Source: Calditrichaceae bacterium (GTDB lineage: Bacteria; Calditrichota; Calditrichia; Calditrichales; JBFXGD01). Taken from it: a DNA stretch of 20,948 nucleotides. The stretch is taken from contig JBFXGD010000054.1 of NCBI GenBank assembly GCA_050178385.1, forward strand, positions 1-20,948, written 5' to 3'. The position numbers and the translations under genes were made by a program. A model generated the notes under the pieces. The model was not told where the DNA came from. It saw only the letters and a program-made list of their open reading frames with translations, and ran no database searches. This document shows positions 8,946-16,037 of the stretch, in pieces; positions within the stretch are counted from its first letter, which is position 1, and each line of letters starts with the position of its first letter.

Positions 8946-10595
8946 TTAATATAATCTGATTGTTTTTTCCCAGTCATCAGCCGTAAGACCAATAATCCGT
9001 TTAAATTCGGAATCTGTCATTCCGGGTAAGATGCCATTGAATGTGGCATCCGGTAATATCCATTCAGAAAAGGCAGAAGCATTCCATGTAATTATTGGTA
9101 CATAGATCGCCTGAGATGGTGTTTCCTGACTGTAATACCATTCAATATCCGTAATAATCTGATATTGCCCGGCTTCGTTGAAATATTGATAGAAATAGAT
9201 ATAAACATAAAAAGATTCAATATTATTTATATTGACAAGTTCGTCTATTTTTGCTGAAAATGCTTCATCAAATGACGGGACCTCCATATCGGCAGTAAAA
9301 TAATTGTATTCATATCCCCATTTATCCCATGAATATGAATGATAATACTGATAGCCACCAGGGCCGGGAACATCTATATTAGCTGTAAGCGCGGATGTCA
9401 GATATTCACTCCAGAAATAGTCCCAATCCACTGTGTCTCTGCCGACGGAAACTGTATACGCCGGTAATTTGGATTTGAAATCATTAACCGGATTATCAAA
9501 GAACTTACCAAAATTGAAGGTAAGATTCTCATCCGGTGTGGAGAAATCGTCATCCCAGTCATCGCTGAAGGTCATATCCGCGGTGAAAATATCACGGACA
9601 TCATCGGTGTGAGCTAGGATAGAATCCAGATCGGCGGCGGTTACATCATCCGGACCGATTTTGATAATATCATTGCCCTGAGGATCAGACTCAGTTCGCA
9701 AAAAATTGATCCCGTCTTCCAGTTTGTCCACAGCTGATAATACGGAAGATTTTGCATCCGAAAGGTACACTCCGCCGTCCCTTACAGTCAGGAATGTACT
9801 GCCCTGAGAAAAAGTTTCCTTGACCCCTAAACTGTCATAACTACTAAAATCAACGTTGTAGGAAATGGCCATATCGACCATCGCTTTTAGAACATTGAGA
9901 CTGACCTCAAGGGCGTAAATTTCTGTAAGATCCACTTCAAGCGTATCTTCAAGCATGTCACCCTGCATTTTCGGAGTAATTTTGAAGACATAATCAGGAT
10001 TGTCATCTATCCGGTCAAGGGCAGTGATTGCAAAATTAAGAACCGGCAGCATTTTACTCTTTAGAATATTTTGAATAGTGCTTAATTTAGGTGCATCCGC
10101 AAGGGCCATTTTCTGAGTTCCGACCATGGTTTTTGCGAAAGACTGAACCGGAATATTAAAATATTCTATTCCTGTTGGAAAACCAATTTTAACGTCCGAC
10201 TTTGATTTTTTCGCCAACGGCGCTTCAAACGGACTATTCTCACCAAGATACACCGACCAGTCTTCAAAGGCATCAATCAGCAGTTGATCCTGTGTCATCA
10301 TCAAAATCCCGCATAATCCCAGACCGAAATTCGCGTCAAGATTTGAATTATCTTTGGCATATGCCTCATTATACAATCCAAACGGTTCGGTGAAATTAAT
10401 TTCATCAGGCCCGCTCACTCCATCACTGTTAATAAGATTATACAGTACCGTTCCCAAAGCTTCATTGGCCTGATCCACAAGAGCTTTGGCACCATCAGGA
10501 TCATCTCCTGTAGGCCCATTATCACTCTCGGAACAGGCTAAAACCAAAAAAACCGTTAAAACAGAAAAGCGGAGAAAGTACCGAAACAAGTTCAT
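8946..10595 (-). CDS. Hypothetical acidic lipoprotein
   Basis: GGAGG (10601-10605) precedes ATG 10595 (MNLFRYFLRF...). Lipobox LVLA-C followed by an SESDNGPTGDDPDG linker. Asp-rich, with helical-looking N-terminal part and C-terminal LPDATFNGILPGMT. Confidence 0.85.
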   Translation of the reverse strand: MNLFRYFLRFSVLTVFLVLACSESDNGPTGDDPDGAKALVDQANEALGTVLYNLINSDGVSGPDEINFTEPFGLYNEAYAKDNSNLDANFGLGLCGILMMTQDQLLIDAFEDWSVYLGENSPFEAPLAKKSKSDVKIGFPTGIEYFNIPVQSFAKTMVGTQKMALADAPKLSTIQNILKSKMLPVLNFAITALDRIDDNPDYVFKITPKMQGDMLEDTLEVDLTEIYALEVSLNVLKAMVDMAISYNVDFSSYDSLGVKETFSQGSTFLTVRDGGVYLSDAKSSVLSAVDKLEDGINFLRTESDPQGNDIIKIGPDDVTAADLDSILAHTDDVRDIFTADMTFSDDWDDDFSTPDENLTFNFGKFFDNPVNDFKSKLPAYTVSVGRDTVDWDYFWSEYLTSALTANIDVPGPGGYQYYHSYSWDKWGYEYNYFTADMEVPSFDEAFSAKIDELVNINNIESFYVYIYFYQYFNEAGQYQIITDIEWYYSQETPSQAIYVPIITWNASAFSEWILPDATFNGILPGMTDSEFKRIIGLTADDWEKTIRLY

Positions 10596-10958
10596 AGCGA
10601 CCTCCATTCCACATGTTTAAATTGGCTAAAAATCTTTCATTTATATCGGGAAAAAATTCAACTTTTATAATTTCTTATAAACCGTTCTGATTGAAAATTT
10701 TGTCAGACCGGAAAAAGCGCCTTGAGTTTCCGCAACAGAAGGTTAGCCATAATATTAAATCATTTGGAGAGCAGTATTGATTTCAGACACAACATTAGAG
10801 GGAATGTAGTCGAACCAAAATAATAAGGCAAGAACAAATAATTTATCCCGACGAATATCATCCTCGCTGAATATTTATCCCGCCTCATTATGGTTTTTAC
10901 CGCTTTTATTACTGAACCCTTTCGTTTATATTAATCCACAGGTGCTCAAACAGGAGGC

Positions 10959-11231
10959 ATGCTAGTGAGAGTTTTATTTTCCATTTTTTACCTCTTTTTA
11001 TTTATGTTCCTGGCAACAAGCTGCGATGAAAACAACACAGAATCTTCAGCCGAATATCCCACAAAAACCGGAATCCGCTGGGTCTATTCGAGATTCTCTG
11101 AATTCCGGAACTTCCAACCTGATTCTGCGGATAATCAATTAGAGCTTTCAGATTCATCTCAGGTTTCTATTGAAATTATTGGCACATTTGATCTTTATGA
11201 TGAATATATTTTAAATAATTTTTATCAATAA
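10959..11231 (+). CDS. Short lipoprotein, possibly a truncated gene remnant
   Basis: Strong SD CAGGAGG immediately upstream (unusually close to the ATG), signal peptide with LATS-C lipobox, YPTKTGIRWVY motif. Ends after 90 aa in AT-rich sequence. Confidence 0.6.
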   Translation: MLVRVLFSIFYLFLFMFLATSCDENNTESSAEYPTKTGIRWVYSRFSEFRNFQPDSADNQLELSDSSQVSIEIIGTFDLYDEYILNNFYQ

Positions 11232-11376
11232 TAATATTTTCCGGAACGGCCGGTATATTTTATTGACTAAAACTTTTCCTGCTTTCAGACGTAAATTCAA
11301 ATAATTTGATTTGACAGACTGTAGATTTTTCGTTTATTCCGCAAGTATTTACCGGTTTATCATGAGGTTAATCTTT

Positions 11377-13755
11377 ATGCAGCGTTCACATCTGTCTTGT
11401 ATTTTATTATTTTTATTTTGCTTTTGTCTTCCGTCATTCGCGCAGGTAATCATATCAGGGTCAGTCAGTGACGCTGAAACGGGTCAGCTTTTACCTGCTG
11501 CAAATCTGCAAATTGAAGGCACCTACCGGGGCACAATTACCAATGAGGATGGAAAATTTCGCCTTGAAACATCACCACCGCCTGTGACACTCATTATTAC
11601 CTACATCGGATATGAGACAAAAAAAATTCTTATACATTCCGAATCTGACCGACAACTCCATATAACACTGAGGCCTGTTGTCCTTGAATCCGATCCGATA
11701 ATTGTGATTGCGGAAGATCCTGCTATGGGAATAATGAGGGAGGTGATTAAACGAAAGCTGGAATGGCAGAAAAGGATCAATACCTATAAAGCCGATGCCT
11801 ATACGCGGGTTATTCTCGAAAATGATTCCGGGATTGTTTCCATTGCGGAAAGTATCTCTGAAACGTTCTGGGATAAGAAACAGGGCGCGCGGGAAATTAT
11901 CAAATCCCGCCGGCAGACAGGCAACCTGAAATCGGACGATAATTTCGCGTTCAGCAGTTATTTTCCGAACCTTTACAACGACGATATAAGAATACAGGGA
12001 TCAAACCTGATCGGTCCCACTCACCCCAAAGCCTTTGACTATTATGAATTTAAGTTAACAGGAAAACGGTATCTTGATTCTACCATAGTGTTTGATATAG
12101 AAGTCATACCGACCACAAAATTACAACCGGTTTTTGTCGGAAACATTTCAGTTCTCGATAGTTTTTACTGTATGATTGAAGCGAATCTAAAACCCGACAG
12201 CCGCACGACATTCTTTCCCCCTCCGGTTCAGGATTGGAATCTTTATTACAAACAACAGTTTAGTAATTTTGGAAAGGAATTCTGGCTGCCTGTTGATATC
12301 CGCGTAAACGGAGATATCAAATTCGGGATCACCGGACTTGATATCCCCAGAATAAAATACAAACAGGTAGGCCGACTTACCGACTATCAGATTAATGTTA
12401 TGCTGCCGGATTCACTATACCTTAAAAAGGACATACTGACACTTGACACATTATCCGTAAAAAATGATACTATGTTTGCTCTTTCTAAGGAGATAGTTCC
12501 GCTCTCGGCTTCCGAAGAGAACGCGTATGAAGAGATCGACAGCACAGATACGCTTGAAAAGGCATTTAAGCCAACCGGTGTTCTTGCCAAACTGGTGAGT
12601 ATCTCATTTGGAAATGATGATAACGGGGAAAATAATGGTCAGGGAAGTCTGCTCAACAGTCTGAGCCCGCAACTATGGTTTAACCGTGTTGATGGTCTTC
12701 ATGCGGGGATTACTTTCAAACATAATTTTAAGGACAATTGGGAATATTCTTTGACCGGAGCTTATAACACAGACCTGGACAAGGGAAGTTTTGAAGCCGG
12801 TTTAAAATATTTGGTCGGCCGGTCGAGATCGGGCTGGATAGGCCTAAACTATTCATCAGGATCCTTAACAAGATATGAATCGGAAACATATTCAAGAACG
12901 GTTGCAAGTGTCCTTCCGTTGCTGGCCAAATGCGATTATTTCGATTATTACTGGAATGAATCAGTTCAAATGGAAACCGGTTACCGGTTTGAAAAGATAA
13001 ATTCTATCATCTCGGCCGCGTTCGCCAGCGAAGAACACTCGTCACTTTCAAAAAATAATGATTATAACCTGCTCGGATATGACTTTACACAGAGAATAAA
13101 TCCGGAAATTGATGAAGGACAATTAAGATCATTGACTCTCACCATGCAATATGGTGATAACTTTATCCCGTTCGGTCTGATCGGGCAGACCGGGGCAAAA
13201 ATCGCTGTCGAATACAGTTCACCGGATATTTTAAACAGCGACTTTTCGTTCACAAAAATCACCGGCAGCATCGATTTTCATATCAATACATTTCTGACAA
13301 GAAGGCTGTTTCCAAACGCCTTGAATATTCATATTACGGGTGGTGTTTCTGATGGTGAGCTTCCTGTTCAGCGTTTCGGAATTCTTGATGCCGGCTTGAG
13401 TATTTTCAGTCCATTCGCGGCATTCCGGTCTGTCAGGAATAGTCCCTACGAGGGTGAAGACTATCTTGCCCTTTTCTGGGAACACAATTTCAGAACAGTT
13501 CCGTTTGAACTTATCGGGCTTCGTTTTCTGGCGGATAGAAATATCGGGATTCTCCTTCATGGCGCGCACGGATCGACACATATTTCAGATCAAAGAAAAA
13601 AATCGCTCGATGATCATTACAATGAAACCGGCGGCATTCATCATGAACTTGGGATTTCAGTAAACGGATTACTCGGTTTATTTCGTATGGATATCACTAA
13701 ACAGCTTGATACTAAAGACTTTTATGTGGGTTTTGGATTATTTCGCTGGCTCTAA
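11377..13755 (+). CDS. Outer-membrane protein with N-terminal carboxypeptidase-regulatory-like domain and DUF5686-like region
   Basis: GAGGT SD before ATG 11377 and signal peptide ending SFA/Q. ISGSVSDAETGQLLPAANL..GTITNEDGKF..ITYIGYET is the CarboxypepD_reg pattern. DPAMGIMREVI, AFDYYEFKL and WFNRVDG match my recollection of DUF5686 proteins. Beta-rich C-terminus. Confidence 0.8.
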   Translation: MQRSHLSCILLFLFCFCLPSFAQVIISGSVSDAETGQLLPAANLQIEGTYRGTITNEDGKFRLETSPPPVTLIITYIGYETKKILIHSESDRQLHITLRPVVLESDPIIVIAEDPAMGIMREVIKRKLEWQKRINTYKADAYTRVILENDSGIVSIAESISETFWDKKQGAREIIKSRRQTGNLKSDDNFAFSSYFPNLYNDDIRIQGSNLIGPTHPKAFDYYEFKLTGKRYLDSTIVFDIEVIPTTKLQPVFVGNISVLDSFYCMIEANLKPDSRTTFFPPPVQDWNLYYKQQFSNFGKEFWLPVDIRVNGDIKFGITGLDIPRIKYKQVGRLTDYQINVMLPDSLYLKKDILTLDTLSVKNDTMFALSKEIVPLSASEENAYEEIDSTDTLEKAFKPTGVLAKLVSISFGNDDNGENNGQGSLLNSLSPQLWFNRVDGLHAGITFKHNFKDNWEYSLTGAYNTDLDKGSFEAGLKYLVGRSRSGWIGLNYSSGSLTRYESETYSRTVASVLPLLAKCDYFDYYWNESVQMETGYRFEKINSIISAAFASEEHSSLSKNNDYNLLGYDFTQRINPEIDEGQLRSLTLTMQYGDNFIPFGLIGQTGAKIAVEYSSPDILNSDFSFTKITGSIDFHINTFLTRRLFPNALNIHITGGVSDGELPVQRFGILDAGLSIFSPFAAFRSVRNSPYEGEDYLALFWEHNFRTVPFELIGLRFLADRNIGILLHGAHGSTHISDQRKKSLDDHYNETGGIHHELGISVNGLLGLFRMDITKQLDTKDFYVGFGLFRWL

Positions 13756-13761
13756 ACAATT

Positions 13762-13790
13762 TTGGAATTATCGGCTTCTTTTCGTATTTT
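13762..13790 (+). promoter_or_regulatory. Putative promoter of slyD
   Basis: TTGGAA, 17 nt, TATTTT. The same site also reads as TTTG-N20-TATTTTGG, close to the Bacteroidota -33/-7 consensus. Confidence 0.35.
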
Positions 13791-13851
13791 GGCATGACTA
13801 TCATACAAAATAATAAAATGTTAATTGTGTATTAATTAAAAGGGGTATTGC

Positions 13852-14337
13852 ATGGCAATCAAACCTGATCAGGTTGTTACTGTACATTTTACATTAAAGG
13901 ATGAGAGCGGAACAACCCTTGAAGTAGCAGACAAAAATCAACCATATTCTTTCATAAGCGGACGTGATCAGATTCTCCCGAAACTTGAGGAAAAAATCAG
14001 TACCATGCTGATCAATTCCAAAGGAACTGTCGAATTACTTCCGGAAGATGCTTACGGTGAATTTGAAGAAAATGCCATCCAGAAAGCAAGCCGCGCTGAT
14101 TTTCCTGAAGATTTGGAACTGGAAGAAGGCATGAATTTTATGGCAGATATGGGTGACGGAAAACAACTTCCGTTTTTTATCAAAGAAATTGAAAATGATG
14201 AAATAACAATAGATTTCAACCATCCGCTGGCTGGCAAAAGTTTGACATTCGATCTCGAGCTGGTAGACGTACGCGATGCTTCTCCCGAAGAATTGGCACA
14301 CGGACATGTACACGGAGCGGGCGGGCATCATCATTAA
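13852..14337 (+). CDS. slyD: FKBP-type peptidyl-prolyl isomerase SlyD
   Basis: VVTVHFTLKD, LPEDAYGE, IDFNHPLAGKSLTFD, VRDASPEELAHGHVHGAGGHHH (short His tail). SD-like AAGGGG upstream. Confidence 0.95.
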   Translation: MAIKPDQVVTVHFTLKDESGTTLEVADKNQPYSFISGRDQILPKLEEKISTMLINSKGTVELLPEDAYGEFEENAIQKASRADFPEDLELEEGMNFMADMGDGKQLPFFIKEIENDEITIDFNHPLAGKSLTFDLELVDVRDASPEELAHGHVHGAGGHHH

Positions 14338-14355
14338 CATTTAGCAACGATTAAG

Positions 14356-14390
14356 AAAATGCCGGATGATGCCTGACCGGCATTTTTTTT
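14356..14390 (+). terminator. Rho-independent terminator after slyD
   Basis: AAAATGCCGG, loop, CCGGCATTTTTTTT. Confidence 0.85.
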
Positions 14391-14504
14391 CTCAAGTAAG
14401 GGATGTTTTCGTTTTTTCTGTTACCATAGATTAAGTTATTTTATGAATTTTTGAAACTTAAATAAGTTCTGGATCTAAAAAGCACGCACAAACCGGAATT
14501 TTGC

Positions 14505-15335
14505 ATGTCTTCATTAAAAAACGTTACTCTTTGGAAGACTGTTTTTATCTCTTTGCTATTAGTACTTTTTATCGGATTAATAGATTTTATCTCCGGAAAA
14601 GAAATCAGTTTTTCCATTTTTTATCTCTTACCAATCATATACGCATCCTGGAATGGGAACAGGAAAATCGGTCTTTTCTTCGCCGCATTAGCAGGGCTTG
14701 AATGGCTTTTAGCCGATTTACTCGGTGGTCACATTTATTCATCTATCATTATCGGATACTGGAATATGACCGTCCGCCTGGCCTTTTTTGTTCTCATAGT
14801 CATAATGATTTCAAAATTAAAAGAACTGCTGCAAATTGAACAAAAACTATCTCGCACAGATTCGATGACCGGAGTTTCCAATCCGCGCAATTTCAACGAA
14901 ATTGCTAAGCTTGAGATTTTACGCGCTGAACGATTCAATCATCCGTTATCTTTCGCTTTTGTCGATCTTGATAATTTCAAATGGATAAATGACAATCTTG
15001 GGCATGACACCGGGGATCTGCTTTTAAAATCAACCGCTCAAATCATACAAAAAAATATTCGGGCAATCGATATGATCGCGCGTCTGGGTGGCGATGAATT
15101 TATCATCATGTTCCCGGAGATTACTAAGGATGAAGCGCGCAAAACCATCGACAGAATTCAAAAAATACTTTTAGAATATATGAAAGAAAACCAATGGCCG
15201 GTGACATTTAGCATAGGTCATGTCACTTATAATTTACCGCCCGTGTCTGTAAACGCAGCTATTAAAGAAGCGGATAATCTGATGTACATCGCCAAAAAAA
15301 ACGGCAAAAACAAAATAGAATACCGCACTCTTTAA
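14505..15335 (+). CDS. Membrane-anchored diguanylate cyclase (DUF4118-like transmembrane sensor plus GGDEF)
   Basis: About 4 N-terminal hydrophobic helices with SFSIFYLLPI. TDSMTGVSNPR, DLDNFKWINDNLGHDTGD, intact GGDEF, and RxxD I-site (RAID) five residues upstream of GGDEF. Confidence 0.93.
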   Translation: MSSLKNVTLWKTVFISLLLVLFIGLIDFISGKEISFSIFYLLPIIYASWNGNRKIGLFFAALAGLEWLLADLLGGHIYSSIIIGYWNMTVRLAFFVLIVIMISKLKELLQIEQKLSRTDSMTGVSNPRNFNEIAKLEILRAERFNHPLSFAFVDLDNFKWINDNLGHDTGDLLLKSTAQIIQKNIRAIDMIARLGGDEFIIMFPEITKDEARKTIDRIQKILLEYMKENQWPVTFSIGHVTYNLPPVSVNAAIKEADNLMYIAKKNGKNKIEYRTL

Positions 15336-15582
15336 CGACGCTTACGCTTCCATCGTTATGATTCTGATTCCAAATTTATTCGTTTTATTTGTAAACACAC
15401 ATACTTCATATTTAATCAATTAACCACAAAAATGACATTGATTTTTTTCCATTGATTTAAAATATAATCTTAATTAATTTTAGTGCCTGATAGCAGTTAA
15501 TCTTCGATTAACTTTAAAATTATGCTACGCTGTTATCACATAATATCTTTAAGTACAAGTTTTATTGGGAGGTTTTTTTCAA

Positions 15583-15795
15583 ATGGCTGATCGTCAAACA
15601 GGTACCGTAAAATGGTTTGATGCCAAGAAAGGTTATGGCTTTATCAGTATTGATAATGGTGAGGATATCTTTGTTCATTATTCCGCCATTCAGACCGAAG
15701 GATTTAAAACTCTGGATGAATCGCAAAAAGTCGAATTTACTGTTGTTGATGGAAATAAAGGACCGGTCGCCAGTGATTTGGTACTCATTAGCTAA
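15583..15795 (+). CDS. cspA: Cold-shock protein, CspA family
   Basis: GGGAGGT SD (15567-15573) before ATG 15583. [15 protein letters not shown] (RNP1) and DIFVHYSAI (RNP2). 70 aa. The paralog name is uncertain. Confidence 0.95.
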   Translation: MADRQTGTVKWFDAKKGYGFISIDNGEDIFVHYSAIQTEGFKTLDESQKVEFTVVDGNKGPVASDLVLIS

Positions 15796-15818
15796 AATTA
15801 ATTGTCGCTAAAAATTAC

Positions 15819-15858
15819 AAAAAATCCGTTACTTCGTCAGATGTGGCGGATTTTTTTT
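15819..15858 (+). terminator. Rho-independent terminator after the csp gene
   Basis: AAAAAATCCGTTAC, loop, GTGGCGGATTTTTTTT (stem with two G-U pairs, 8-T tail). Confidence 0.8.
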
Positions 15859-16037
15859 ATCATTAATATACAGATTAAAATAATTATCGCTTAGCTTTTG
15901 TTTTAGTAACCGCTATCACATAAATAAATTATTATTTGATTAAATTATGACCATCCTGACGTTTAAATATTTAATTTATTGGATTGTTTGACTCATTTGA
16001 GACAAACATTCGGAAATTTAATTCGAGAATTTAAATA

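Noticed and set aside
9132..9425. Tyr-rich segment as a diversity-generating retroelement variable region
   Set aside because: No reverse transcriptase and no template-repeat copy are visible in the window.
759..10652. Similar strings CATTTAATATCGGGAA (about 759) and CATTTATATCGGGAA (about 10638) in two spacers
   Set aside because: They need a gap to align and have opposite orientation relative to their downstream genes, so this is likely chance.
11311..11376. ORF-track TTG start for the 814-aa protein (and likewise TTG 15565 for the csp gene)
   Set aside because: Downstream ATGs (11377 and 15583) have proper SD sequences and give normal N-termini.
14391..14504. Possible c-di-GMP riboswitch near the GGDEF gene
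   Set aside because: No GEMM-like motif or paired stems were seen.
15860..15960. Fur-box-like TTAAAATAATTATCG upstream of the TonB receptor
   Set aside because: Only a partial match in extremely AT-rich DNA, which is expected by chance.
15860..16037. Possible cobalamin or TPP riboswitch before the TonB receptor
   Set aside because: No conserved riboswitch core motifs are visible, and the region is too AT-rich and unstructured.
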